Source of the DNA: Eledone cirrhosa
Lineage: Eukaryota
Assembly (NCBI GenBank): GCA_964016885.1
Contig: OZ024743.1
Coordinates: 29,326,001 to 29,390,000, forward strand
DNA length: 64,000 nt
Direction: 5' to 3'
Shown here one piece after another: positions 31,099-48,110 of this stretch; the first letter of the stretch is position 1; every line of letters starts with the position of its first letter. The translations under genes were made by a program, and so were the position numbers. Below the pieces are notes generated by a model, which searched no databases, was not told the DNA's origin, and was given only the letters and a program-made list of their open reading frames with translations.

Positions 31099-32754
31099 CC
31101 TAACACACGTACAGCTTCCATCGTAGAAATTGAGATAGGTCCACTCCAGACCCATTCCATGCCAGTGTGATTATTGGTTTATTTTTTAAACGATCATATA
31201 GCGGCTCATCTACCGTCGTTGACCTATTCTCTAGAAAGTATAGGCAACATATAGAAGAACGGTTCCTTCGATCTAATTGTTCCAGGCTTCTTCCTATCCT
31301 CCACACCTATATGAGAATCGATGAGAATTTCATATGTGCTTATCAAGCATCTTATATAATGTCTAATACATGTGTTAATAGGTGGGTTTGTTACAATAAT
31401 CTTGTTATCTTTTCTATGTATACGTCTATGATATTACAGATAATAGAGCTGATGATCAATATTCCAGCATGGAAGCTCTATATTCTATAACTATCATTCA
31501 TATTCTACTCAAAGTCTCTAAAGAAATACGATCGTCAATAATCTTACTGTAGGCATTATATGATATTTTTTTTAAGTGTTCATTGCTACCATAGGTAGCA
31601 GAATCATCTAGCACGTGAGGATAAACTTGTCTTTAACTGTAACCCTATGTTATGATACACCTTACTCTGAAGCCTGTACAAGGCTCTTCGATTTGCTAAA
31701 ATAGCAGCTAACACAGCTTACTAATAAATAAAGAAGGACACATTAGACAAAGAACTTCCCGATACACACAAAAAAACCCGGATAGGTCATGGCTGAAATA
31801 TCTTTGGTCATAAATGCGCTATAGATGGATGAAATGGAACTAAGGAACAAAATACTTTAACAACCAAAATTCAATGAATACCAAATCAGTCCGACTTACA
31901 ATACTGTTTGATTTCTATTAACAAAACTACTTACATTTTATACGCAATAAAAATATAAAGCTATTATACAGAGTAGACAATTTCGAAAATATTGTGCACA
32001 AGTGAAAGTATAGTTTAGAAATAACAAGATTATATTTAAAACAAATGAATATATATTATCTTTATAGATTCAAATATTCATATTTAATTGAAGTTGTGAC
32101 TTTATTAAATATATCTCCAAGATATAATAAATATAATTAGATGATCATATGTAGTTGTGAATATTTGAATAAATGTATGTAAACAAATTGCCATAATTAT
32201 TTTTACATTATGAATTTCATAAAGAAATTTTAGCTGACGTATCCAGCCAACAAGGGACCACATAACCATAAAAATTACAGACACTAAGGCGACCAGATAA
32301 ACAACATTTCTCAAAACAGTGAGAGCAAGTAATATCAGTAAAACAATAACAAACACATAAAAATTAGTAAAATGCTGTAGAATATGTTCAAAGATTTCCT
32401 GTTCTATCTGTTCCCTCTCCATACAAAAGGTCATAAACCAAATCAAGAAATATAGACATTGCCGGGGGATATGGTGTGAGGTTGTGCAGTAGACAGAGAA
32501 AAAAGAGAGAGATGGAGATCGTAGGACAGAGAGATAGAGAAAGTGTCTGTCTGTGTGAGACAGACAGAGCGAGAGAGAGAGATAGATAAACAGAGAGAGA
32601 AAGAAAGAGAGATACACATACTTACAGACACATATATACGTACACGTGTACGAACGGAATAAATAAAAGAACATTCAAGAGTTTGCGGATGGAATTAATA
32701 TTTGCAGATAAGCAGATGGATACTTCAGTGAATAAATGTTCATCTACATATATA

Positions 32755-32830
32755 TTCTTTTATTTTTACCGGTTTTAGTCGCTGAACTGAGACTGCCTTG
32801 AAGCACTGTCTTCAAGGGTTTAGTCGACCA
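32755..32830 (-). mobile_element. SINE/LINE 3'-tail fragment resembling the CR1-like tail at 241-299
   Basis: Reverse complement GACAGTGCTTCAAGGCAGTCTCAGTTCAGCGACTAAAACCGGTAAAAATAAAAGAATA. Confidence 0.45.
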
Positions 32831-32931
32831 TAGATATACACACATATATATGAATATATATATACGAACACACACACTCATACATATATATATACATACA
32901 CACACACACACTCATATATATATAGAGACAT

Positions 32932-32967
<36 letters not shown>

Positions 32968-33005
32968 GCAGAAGTTATATTTAATTTGTTGGGATTCAAC
33001 ATACC

Positions 33006-33045
<40 letters not shown>

Positions 33046-33063
33046 CACATACGCACACACACA

Positions 33064-33094
<31 letters not shown>

Positions 33095-33096
33095 TA

Positions 33097-33151
<55 letters not shown>

Positions 33152-33627
33152 CACGTTTCAACATAAGTTACATAATCATATTTATTATACGTATTTCTGT
33201 AACACCCACATGGTGCGGCTGTGCAGTTTTACAGTTTTTATAACACAGAGTGTGGCGTCATCAGATGTTAACACAATTATGTAGGTGGGTTAATATGTTG
33301 TTGGCTAATGCTAGCATGTTTGAGAAATTCCCGAGAACATACGATATATTACTTGTCTCTAAACGTTAATTTCGTAAATGGTAAATCCGTTAAGTTTGAT
33401 CGCCACTTTAAAGCTGAATATATATACAGCTGACGCAGTGTGCTCTTACCTGTTTACACCTCTTTATTAACAAAGAAATCATAATGCAATTCCTGTGGAT
33501 AAACAGCACAGTAAAAAGCAATAAACCACGCAGCGAAATGTTAAGACCCTCTTCCTGCTATATCAAGCGTTAACCTAGTATATCCCTTCCATATACTGTA
33601 CCGATTGTGTTGTTATTTCTGTTTACC

Positions 33628-33735
<108 letters not shown>

Positions 33736-33813
33736 GTGTGTGTGTATATATATATAGGGAAAAAAGATGAAATCAAAAATGCAACTGGAGTTTTTTTAAG
33801 CGTATTTATTTGG

Positions 33814-33854
33814 TTCCTTTACCGGTTTCGCAGTTCTTGTGCTTTTCAAAAGTA
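33814..33854 (-). ncRNA. Minimal hammerhead (U3-A8 variant) within a ~138-bp insert (33757-33894) in (TA)n
   Basis: Minus strand reads CTT-TTGAAAA-GCAcaagaacTGC-GAAAC-CG-GTA-AAG; helix III palindrome ACCGGT; stem I only ~3 bp. Confidence 0.6.
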
Positions 33855-33891
33855 GAATTGAGATGGAGGGATTGTGGTTTTTCTCGCATCT

Positions 33892-33942
<51 letters not shown>

Positions 33943-33947
<5 letters not shown>

Positions 33948-34282
33948 GTAAATTTGTATTCCAATGTTACTAAGTAGTTGCATTGGATGGGGTCAACCGA
34001 CGTCAGAGATTGCTCAACGTATAATAAGGTGTGTTTTAAAATCCGAAGAAAATATGAAGAAGAAGTTTACGAAATGGAAATGCGGGTATACAGAATTTAT
34101 TAGGTAACAATTGTTTCTATAGTGTATGGGTTACAGTGTGTTTGCTTACAGTGTACCTTCGGTTTACGATAATATTTTTATATTATTCAAATAGCGAGGC
34201 ATAGGTAACCCATACACTATAGAAACAATTGTTACCTAATAAATTCTGTATACCCGCATTTCCATTTCGTAAACTTCTTCTT
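33943..34282. mobile_element. Fold-back insert in (TA)n with a hammerhead 3'-half-like motif
   Basis: ~34060-34134 and ~34205-34280 are near-perfect inverted repeats containing GAAAC-AATT-GTT (palindrome AACAATTGTT). No CTGANGA half found. Confidence 0.6.
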
Positions 34283-34316
34283 TATATATATATATATATA
34301 TATACATATATATATC

Positions 34317-34382
<66 letters not shown>

Positions 34383-35115
34383 CATACATATATATATATA
34401 TACATACATATACATATATATATACATACATATATATATATACATACATAAACATACATATATATATATACATACATATACATACATATATATATATATA
34501 CGTACATATACATACATATATATATATATACATACCTATATATATATATATATACATACATACATATACATACATATATATATATACATACATATACATA
34601 CATATATATCTATACATACATATACATACATATATATATATATACATACATACATATACATACATATATATACATACATACATATACATACATATATATA
34701 TACATACATATACATACATATATATATATATATATACATACATATACATACATATAAATATATACATACATATACATACATATATATATACACATACATA
34801 TACATACATATATATATACACATACATATACATACATATATATATACATACATATACATACATATATATATACATACATATACATACATATATATATACA
34901 TACATATACACATATATATATACACATACATATACATACATATATATATACATACATATACATACATATATATATACATACATATACATACATATATATA
35001 TACATACATATACACATATATATATACATACATATACACATATATATATACATATATATAAATACATATATATATATATATACATATATATATTTATATA
35101 TACATATATATATAT
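34283..35115. repeat. (TA)n/TACATA array
   Basis: Seen directly. Confidence 0.97.
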
Positions 35116-36766
35116 AGAATACTAGGGAGAGGATCAGGGGTGTATAACACTCCACTTATCCAGCAGGCAGTATAAGGTTAGCTCGATTATCCGTGGTGGT
35201 GGGTCTTGCCTAATGTGGTATTTCTGTGTTTAATATCAGCTTTGACCCGGGTGTCCTACGCTGTGTGTGTGTGCGTGTGTGTCTGTGTATACATTTATAT
35301 GTGTATGGGTGTAGGTGGTTGTATATGTCTGTATATAAAAAAATATATATATATGTATACCGTCTCTGCATATGCATGTGGTGTGTATATGTGCATATAC
35401 GTGCTGAACATATTGGTGTGTACAATCTTGTGATGTCCCAATGCGGTGACTTCATGGCTTTTGAAGCTATTTTTTATATATCTTTTGTCTTTTTATATAT
35501 CTTTTGTATGCGCTCCAACTGTGTCTGCTTGCTTTGGCTAACCCGCCTGCACCTCGCTTGCTACTGCACGTGAATTCTCCTACCTTCCTTCGATGTACCT
35601 CTGTTTGACCATTGGACTCCTGCCCGGGTGTGAACCGGTTTGTGATTACCCCACCGCTCAACTGTGTGAATGCACACCCGTGACTTTCGAGTGAACTTTT
35701 GAGACTGCCCAACCTGGGACGCCTCCATTGCCTTGCAATGGTCAAGTGATACTGGTGACTGTGACACTTAGTGCCTTCGTGGGCCCCTGATATTTTCAAG
35801 AAATATATTCTAAAAAAATGGTCAAGTGATACAGATAACTGTGACACTTAGTGCCTTCGTGGGCCCCCGATATATTCAAGAGATATATTCTAAAAAAATA
35901 TATATCTTATCTCAATTTACTTTATTTCATTTTATTTTATTTCATTTCATTTTATTTAATTTTATTTATTTATTTATTTAATTTCATTTATTTATTTATT
36001 TATTTACTTATTTATTTATTTATTTATTTATTTAATTTTAATTTTAATTTTAATTTTATTTATTTATTTATTTAATTTTATTTATTTATTTATTTATTTA
36101 TTTAATTATTTATTTATTTAATTACATTTAATTATATCTTATATTATATTATTTTACTTTAGTCTATTTTATTTTATTTTAGTTTACCTTATTTTATCCT
36201 ATTTTATGATTATATTATATTATGTTCTATTTTATATAATTTTAATTTTAATTTTATATTATTTTATTTCATTCCTTACCCTGTATCACTATTATCTGTA
36301 TATTTTATATTTTATATGTAAGTCTGTTATATATTTTTTTATATTTTCTTATATATATTATAAGTCTGTTTTTCACCTATTTTTTACCTACTCTTACCTA
36401 ATCCTATCTATCTTATCTACTCTTGTCTGTTCTCTTATCCATGTGTATGCTTGTATGTAACTATATGTTGACAGCACCCCGCCCAACTGTGACTGATAGC
36501 ACCCCTTATTTTTCATTGTTTATTATATTATTTTTATTCTTATTTTTATTTTTATTTTTATTTTTATTCTTATTTTTACTTTTACTTCCTTAATATCCTT
36601 TATCTTCTATTATTTTTCATTCTTCAATGTCTTGGATTTGTTATTGCTTGTGTGGTATGTAATTAACCTTTATGCTCTGATGAGTCCCACTTATAGTGCG
36701 GATGAAACAATGTTAGCAAGTAAAGATATGCATATACTATAGGCGTTCTTTGTTATTTATTATATC

Positions 36767-36767
<1 letters not shown>
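35116..36767 (+). mobile_element. Non-coding PLE-3'-region-like insert ending ~50 bp after a hammerhead
   Basis: Bounded by (TA)n. Contains an 80-bp tandem duplication (35738-35898), a (TTTA)n tract and a terminal hammerhead. Confidence 0.55.
36673..36718 (+). ncRNA. Minimal type-I hammerhead ribozyme
   Basis: TGCT-CTGATGA-GTCCCACTtatAGTGcGGAT-GAAAC-AAT-GTT-AGCA. Confidence 0.75.
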
Positions 36768-36821
<54 letters not shown>

Positions 36822-36830
36822 CATATACTC

Positions 36831-36883
<53 letters not shown>

Positions 36884-36953
36884 TATATATATATATTTAT
36901 GTATATATATATATATATATATACACATATATATATATATATATTTATGTATA

Positions 36954-37049
<96 letters not shown>

Positions 37050-37188
37050 CACATATATATATATACATATATATATCTATATATATACATATACACAATA
37101 TGCGTACAATGACTCACGTTCTATGCAAATTAGTCTACCCACTACTAATTTTCATAGAAAAAGCATATAACGATATGTGCTTTTACAA

Positions 37189-37281
37189 TTCTCCAGAGAA
37201 GCCGGAAGATGGGTAAATATTACTGATGAGATGTAATAACATCGAAACTAGTCCAATATTCCTGTCTGGCCCTCTGGAGAA
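37189..37281 (+). ncRNA. Minimal type-I hammerhead within a ~450-bp insert (37097-37548)
   Basis: AATATTa-CTGATGA(37223)-GATGTaataACATC-GAAAC-TA-GTC-cAATATT; palindrome ACTAGT. Stem I is extended by TTCTCCAGAG/CTCTGGAGAA. Confidence 0.82.
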
Positions 37282-37637
37282 TAGAGGAAATGTTTTTCCT
37301 TGAAAACTCGTATGACTCTAAAACCCGGTCCGTCTGTGTGGTTACATACAGACTAGCTGACACTCACTGTAAAGTGTCTAGTGAAAAACTCAGTACATGT
37401 ACATATGTATACATGTGTGTATTTATATGCATACTAATACTTCCGTATACATATGTAGATGTACACTTTAACTTAATTGTTTAAGCGTCAGTCATACAAA
37501 AGTGAGTTAGAAGCGAAACGAAATTTAATTTCGTTTCGTTATTTGTTTTTATATATATATACATATACATATATACATATATATATACATATATGTATAT
37601 ATATATATATACATATATATATACATATATGTATATA

Positions 37638-37759
<122 letters not shown>

Positions 37760-37798
37760 ATTAAATAAATGGAAACTATATTTATAAAACCATATTTA

Positions 37799-37860
37799 TT
37801 TCATTATATATATTTCGGGGATATCATATTAACAATATGCTATGCCTTCCTCAGACAAAA
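37799..37860 (-). ncRNA. Hammerhead in the inverted pseudo-LTR
   Basis: Reverse complement of 41537-41598. Confidence 0.65.
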
Positions 37861-38333
37861 TACAATATAAACAGTTTTATAGATAAATAGATTCGACATA
37901 CCGTAACAACACCGACTTGCATTTGAAGAGGTTGGATTGGCAGTGAAAAAATTTTACACAGAGAGAAAGAAAGAGAGAAAAAAAAAGAAAAGAAAGAAAG
38001 ACAGAAAACGAAGAAAAGGAAGAAAAAGAAGAAAAAGAAGAAATGCATGGAACAAAATAGAGAGATGGAAAGATAGATAAAGAGAAGAAATTCATGTAAA
38101 GAAAGATATATATATATATATAGGGAGAGGAAATAGAGATAGATACATATATATATAGAAAATTAGGTAGTGGGAGATCAGTTGGGTAAATGTATCAATG
38201 ATACATTTATTTATTTATTTATTTATTTAGCTCTAGTATTAATGTAAGGGAGATATATAGAGAGATAAAAAATATAGAGAGAGAAAAAAAATAGCGAGAG
38301 AAAAAATTTAAAAATAGCCAGATATATTCGAGG

Positions 38334-40126
38334 AAAAAGTACAAGGTAGCAGATAAGGCCGAACTTGAGAAAATGAATGTCGAAGCATCTTGTATAATGC
38401 ACGAGTTGGAAATTGAGAACAGAACACAACCTTTCGTGCCCAGGAAACCGAAGATCAATATGAAGGATCACAAGAGGAATTTTGAAAATGACCTGCCAGT
38501 TAGATTGATCGCACCATCAAAATCGGACCTGGGCAAATTAAGCAAAAACATTCTTGACAGGGTGATACAGCAAATTAAGAACTTGGATTGTGTATCTAAC
38601 CTGAGCTTGTGGAAGGGAACTGGAGAGGTTGTTGAGTGGTTTAAGCAAATTAAATATAACAATAATAATAGGTTTATTCAACTTGATATAGCTAACTATT
38701 ATCTTCTATTACCCCTAGTCTACTAAATAAGGCACTAAATTACGCATTCAAACATACTGACCTAACTAGCAAAGAAATGCATATTATATTATCGGCTAGG
38801 AAAACTTTGATAGAATTTAATGACAAACTATGGACCAGTGCAGATAGAGATAGCAATTTTGACATAACTATGGGATCATCCGACTCAGCTCAGGTAACTG
38901 ACCTTGTGGGCTTATTTTTAATCAATTCGCTACATAGGAAAATACCTGGTACTACCGGAGGTTTATATAGAGATGACATGCTTTTACTTATTAATAATAA
39001 TAACCCTGAACTAAATAGAAAATGTAAACAAATTACAAAATTTTTTAATTACTTTAATCTTAAAATAGAAATTGAGAACAACCATAGAATAGTCAATTTC
39101 CTAGATATAACATTAAATCTCAACACATGTCTCCACTATCCTTTTCACAAGTTGAATGAAAACTTATACTATGTCAACTTTAACTCTAACCACCCCAGAT
39201 CTGTCAAAAACACTATAGTAAACTCTGTTCAAAAACGTATCTCTAGGATCTCGTCGAATAGAAAGATTTTCGACGAAAAGGCCCAATACTATAATGAAGC
39301 ATTAGCTAGAGCAGGATATGCTGATAAGATTGTGTACATAGATAATGATAGACAAACTAAACAAAGTAACAACTTTTTTAATTACGGCAACAACCTTAAC
39401 AACTATAATAGAAAGCACTACAATAATTCCAAAGGCCAAAAAAGAAATAGAACTAGGAACATAATTTGGTTTGCCCCCCCTTTCTCACTAAACATTAAAA
39501 CCCACATCGCTAAACTATTTTTCAAAGCTCTTGATAATCGCTTCCCTAGAACACATATGTATCACTCAATTTTCAATAGGCATACAATTAAATTAACCTA
39601 CTCATCCACCAAAAATTTAGCACAAAATATTAATAGAATAAATAATAGGAACTTAAAACCTAGTGATAATAGCATAAATAATATACAAGTTAACAAATGT
39701 AACTGTAGAGATAGATCTAAATGTCCGTTAAATAACAACTGCTTAGTTAAAAATATAGTATACAATTGTAATGTTAATACTAACTCTAATTCTTTTAACT
39801 ACGTCGGTTCCACATCGACGGAATTTAAACTTCGCTATAATAACCACAAGAATTCTTTCACAGATCCAAGCAAAAAATCTTCAACGGCACTATCAGGCGT
39901 ACTCTGGCAACTTAAGCTAGATAACGTTAGATATTCGACGGCTTGGAATATAGTCTCAAGAGGGATTCCTTTTAATTCATCCTCTGAGACATGTGACCTC
40001 TGCGCAGAGGAGATATTCTTTATACTAAAATCTAAAAATTCCCTTAATCTACGGACAAATTTATTCAGTTGTTGCAAATATAGATTAAACTCAACGTTTA
40101 AATATAAATTTAAATTTAAAATGTAG
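38334..40126 (+). pseudogene. PLE RT + GIY-YIG ORF, 5'-truncated, one frameshift (~38703)
   Basis: KDHKRNF..RLIAPSKSDLGK, QLDIANYY(PSI), FDITMGSSDSA, GLYRDD, VNFLDITLNL, SNHP, IIWFAPPFS, CNC..CPLNNNC, YVGST, FKLRYNNH, CDLCAEE. Confidence 0.92.
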
Positions 40127-41536
40127 TATATTTAGTTTGATTTATATTTATATGGGAAACTAGCCGATAAATCTTTGATTCCTTCTTTTTATTCTTTTTA
40201 TTTCTTATTTTTATTTTATTTTTATTTAAACATTCCTCATGAAAAATTAAGCTACCCTAAAAGCTGATGCTCCAAATAATTTGAATAAACCTTACACTAG
40301 ATAAACTTCTATATTAAATATAAGAACACATGTAGACCAAATTGAGCATCATAAACTTTTTGAAATGATCTTTGCTTGATGTGATTTGATAGATAATTTT
40401 TGGCTTTGTCTGTTATTCGACTCTGATGCTTATAATGAACTTGGCAATATATTGTCAATTAATTTTGAAGGGTTGATCTTTGTGGTTTATTTTTATTTTT
40501 ATTATTGTAGTATTTTCTAATATTTTTTATTTTTATTTTTATTTTTAATATCTTTAATATGTAAATTTTTTAATATGTAATATTTTTAATATGTAATATT
40601 CTTTCGTAATATTTTTTTTAGTTTTCTATTTTCTATTTTATTATTACTTATTATTATTATTGTTATATTTTTTTAGTTTTGTTTCTGATATATATTTTTT
40701 TAGTTTTGTTTCTGATATATATTTTTATTAGTATATTGAAATCTGCTCTCTATTTCTGCTTGATAGATAATCTTCTAGAGTAAAGACAGGAATAATAATA
40801 CACATATATGTATACTCAAATTTTTATACCACATTGAGAATGTTTTCCGTGAACTTAGAGTTTGCAGAGTTAATCATGTGGATTCACATGGATGTTTGTA
40901 GCTATTACATAAACATATGAATTTTTTTAAAAAACTAAACATAAGATAATTAATTTTCACACACTATGGATACTTGTCTCATTCAGGAATACTGATATTT
41001 ACAATATAGTGGAAGTTTTATAAATACTAATACATTAAAACAGGGTTTTTACGCCTCGAATATATCTGGCTATTTTTAAATTTTTTCTCTCGCTATTTTT
41101 TTTTTTTTTTTCTTTCTCTATATTTTTTATCTCTCTATATATCTCCCTTACATTAATACTAGAGCTAAATAAATAAATAAATAAATAAATGTATCATTGA
41201 TACATTTACCCAACTGATCTCCCACTACCTAATTTTCTATATATATATGTATCTATCTCTATTTCCTCTCCCTATATATATATATATATATCTTTCTTTA
41301 CATGAAGTTCTTCTCTTTATCTATCTTTCCATCTCTCTATTTTGTTCCATGCATTTCTTCTTTTTCTTCTTTTTCTTCCTTTTCTTCGTTTTCTGTCTTT
41401 CTTTCTTTTTTTTTTTTTTTTTTCTCTCTTTCTTTCTGTGTAAAATTTTTTCACTGCCAATCCAACCTCTTCAAATGCAAGTCGGTGTTGTTACGGTATG
41501 TCGAATCTATTTATCTATAAAACTGTTTATATTGTA

Positions 41537-41598
41537 TTTTGTCTGAGGAAGGCATAGCATATTGTTAATATGATATCCCCGAAATATATATAATGAAA
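41537..41598 (+). ncRNA. Minimal hammerhead with (AU)n helix III
   Basis: TTTTGT-CTGAGGA-aGGCATAgCATATTgttAATATGaTATCCCc-GAAAT-ATAT-ATA-ATGAAA. Confidence 0.65.
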
Positions 41599-41791
41599 TA
41601 AATATGGTTTTATAAATATAGTTTCCATTTATTTAATATTGTAAATATACTCCAAATATTTGTCGAGTGCTTTTATATCAGTTATAAATATTTACTAGTT
41701 GTAACCCAACAATTTTAAATATAACTTTCCATATATATATATATATATATATATGTGTGTATATGTATATATATATGTATATATGTATATG

Positions 41792-41866
<75 letters not shown>

Positions 41867-41875
41867 GTGTATATG

Positions 41876-41930
<55 letters not shown>

Positions 41931-41947
41931 ATATGTATATGTATTTA

Positions 41948-42003
<56 letters not shown>

Positions 42004-42018
42004 GTTTTAATATAGATG

Positions 42019-42069
42019 AGATTCTACAGGACTAGAACTGTTTCATTCATTAGAAATCATCAGGAATCT
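42019..42069 (-). ncRNA. Hammerhead (inverted copy)
   Basis: Reverse complement of 42739-42789. Confidence 0.8.
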
Positions 42070-42738
42070 GGGTATCAAAAAATAAATACGGTATTTATAG
42101 GTCTCTACAAGTGGTAGGAGAGGGTGGGGAGTTGGATGGGTGCAGGTCATTGGTTGATAGAAAAGGGAATTCATTAAAAGCTAATTCTACAAAGCTATAG
42201 TCAATTTTTATTTTTATTTATGTGTGTTTTTTTGTTTTTCTGTTATTTTGTTTTTTTGTTTTTTTGTTTTTTTGTGAATGTGTCTGTTGATTTTGGCATA
42301 TTGTTGATTAGTTTAAGAGAAGTTCGAAGATAATAGTAAGATATGCACTCAGTATTTTGAATCTGTCTGCAGAATTCCCTAGACCTTTGTCACTTAGTAG
42401 AACCTTAATGACTTTAGCTTTTAAAGAATCTCCCTCTTCTTTAATTCTATCGAGCTTGACTGACCCCCCACTGATTTTATAGACATCTGTTAGCTTAAGA
42501 GAAACTTATTGACAAGGAATGGTATGCCATCCGGAACCTGTTTATAGAATTCTGTCTGCCTTTGTTATCTAAAAACATAAATAAATATAAATAAAAATAA
42601 AAATTAACTATAGCTTTGTAGAATTAGCTTTTAATGAATTCCCTTTTCTATCAACCAATGACCTGCACCCATCCAACTCCCCACCCTCTCCTACCACTTG
42701 TAGAGACCTATAAATACCATATTTATTTTTTGATACCC

Positions 42739-42789
42739 AGATTCCTGATGATTTCTAATGAATGAAACAGTTCTAGTCCTGTAGAATCT
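42739..42789 (+). ncRNA. Type-I hammerhead with a real 4-bp helix III
   Basis: AGATTC-CTGATGA-tTTCtaatGAAt-GAAACAG-ttctagtc-CTGTA-GAATCT; GUA triplet. Confidence 0.82.
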
Positions 42790-42885
42790 CATCTATATTA
42801 AAACTGTTATACTCTGCTATGTATTGAGTACCTTACTTACTGTGGTTACCTCCGATTCAACCCGGAATAACGTATATATATATAC

Positions 42886-42917
<32 letters not shown>

Positions 42918-42919
42918 AC

Positions 42920-42971
<52 letters not shown>

Positions 42972-42982
42972 ATATATATATG

Positions 42983-44737
<1,755 letters not shown>

Positions 44738-44740
44738 CAT

Positions 44741-44824
<84 letters not shown>

Positions 44825-44858
44825 ATATATACATACATATATATATACATATATATAT

Positions 44859-44987
<129 letters not shown>

Positions 44988-44992
44988 TATAC

Positions 44993-45083
<91 letters not shown>

Positions 45084-45086
<3 letters not shown>

Positions 45087-45272
45087 CGAAGGAAATGTGG
45101 TAAGGAACCAGGTGGACCATAACGCACCAAAGTACTCAATACTTGAGGTAGTAGAGTGGGTAATAGGAACCAGTAAGACCCCGACAGCTGAGCTCAAGCC
45201 GTTTCGACGGCTAATTCAGAGAATTAGCCGTCGAAACGGCTTGAGCTCAGCTGTCGGGGTCTTACTGGTTCC
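45084..45272 (-). mobile_element. Fold-back mini-element containing the 3' half of a hammerhead
   Basis: Perfect ~55-bp inverted repeat centred at ~45219; GAAACGGCTTGAGCTCAGCTGTC-GGGGTC. Confidence 0.75.
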
Positions 45273-45296
45273 TATATATATATATATATATATATG

Positions 45297-45330
<34 letters not shown>

Positions 45331-45573
45331 CATATATATATATATACATACATATATATATATACATATATATATATATACATACATATATATATATATA
45401 CATACATATATATATATATATATATACATATACATACATATATATATATACATATACATACATATATATATATACATACATATATATATATACATATACA
45501 TACATATATATATATACATATACATACATATATATATACATATACATACATATATATATATATATATACATAC

Positions 45574-45618
<45 letters not shown>

Positions 45619-45644
45619 GACATATATATATATATACATACATA

Positions 45645-45680
<36 letters not shown>

Positions 45681-45697
45681 CATACATATATATATAT

Positions 45698-45760
<63 letters not shown>

Positions 45761-45779
45761 CATATATATATATATATAT

Positions 45780-45830
<51 letters not shown>

Positions 45831-45867
45831 CATACATATACATACATATATATACATACATACACAT

Positions 45868-47104
45868 ACCCTCTAAGAAGGAATATGACGTCACTTTCAG
45901 CTTATATCTGGAGTCTAAAAGACAACCACACCCAATATAAGTTACACTGGGAGATCCTAGCTAGGGCTAGATCGTATAACGGAAATAAAAGACCATGTGA
46001 CCTCTGCGCCGCTGAGGCCCTGGAAATACTCTACGCTACAGACCACATCTTAAACAAAAAATCTGAGGCAATTTCGGCTTGTAAACATAAATTGCACAAA
46101 ACTTTCCTGTATTACAGCCCCACGTTATACCCTAACGGATAGCACGATCTATACGTGGATATTTTACGTCTTGATGTGGGAGCTAAGTATGTGTTTTGTT
46201 TATTCCTTTACTTATTTGCATAGGTAAGTATATATTACCCGTATGTTTTGTGAAGGTATGTATACCTTCCCGTACGTATATTTGACTGTTATAGCGTATA
46301 ATTTTTACATATTCTGGTATTTAGGGTTTGGCTATGTGTATACGGGAGTTTTGCGTCCGCGTGAGTGTGCAGGTTCGTACGTATGGTGGGTGTGTGTATA
46401 TGTGTACTTCTTGTTTTAGTTGAGTTACGTCTCCGAACATTCGTGTATTTATATGTAGGTATGCGTGTGCGCTTGTTATATACGTATTTATTTACTTATA
46501 TACGTTTATATAATTATTTATTTATTTGTACACAAGCATACACACACACACATTTATATGTGCGTGGTTTAGTATACCCATGGTAAGGTTTTGCGTATGC
46601 TTGTGTATGTACGTATCTGTTTGCGTGTATGTATTTATTTGTTTCTATTACTTCTGTATTGTATTTATTTACTTTGTTCTTAACTCTGTAGCGGAGATTC
46701 ATTTGGTCTCCTAGTTAGAATTTTAGTCTACAACTTCTGCTATACCATTTACGTGGTTCTGTCTTTGCGTGCTAATGTTCTCCACGCTCCACATATGACT
46801 TATTATCTTCGTTTTTTCGTTCATTGCCAGAGAACGTCTCTATGCACCACCTAAGAGAACATTAGTCTACGACCTCTTTTATACCATAAACGTGGTTTTG
46901 TCTTTGCGCGTAATTGTTTTTCACCGTTACTATTAATGACGTATTATTCGTTTTTTCCCGTTCTTTGCCAGCGAACGTTACCACGAACCAAAGTATCGTC
47001 TTCCTGTCTTCCTCCGGTTGCAACGTTTTTTGAAATATCCAGTTCTGCGTTTACAGATTGACTTTGTTAGTTTCAGAAGATCCCGTTAAGGGTGAAAGCA
47101 GCGA
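45868..47104 (+). mobile_element. 3' fragment of another Naiad-type PLE
   Basis: [50 protein letters not shown], stop 46142. The UTR has a diverged ~140-bp duplication (46741-46980) and ends in a hammerhead-like motif at 47074-47103. Confidence 0.85.

Positions 47105-48110
<1,006 letters not shown>

Larger units (their letters stand above)
42003..42872 (+). mobile_element. ~870-bp non-coding hammerhead element with a 5' inverted copy
   Basis: ~42003-42215 is the reverse complement of ~42592-42805; flanked by (TA)n. Confidence 0.8.

Noticed and set aside
32105-32674. 189-aa hydrophobic ORF
   Set aside because: Starts in CT/GT simple repeats, has T-rich composition and no recognisable family.
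33186-33270. Minus-strand CTGATGA...GAAATACGTATA
   Set aside because: Stem I is only ~2 bp and stem II is out of register.
42003-42872. MITE/DNA-transposon reading of the inverted repeats
   Set aside because: The arms are asymmetric (one extends past the other), contain hammerheads, and the same layout occurs on RT-coding PLEs.
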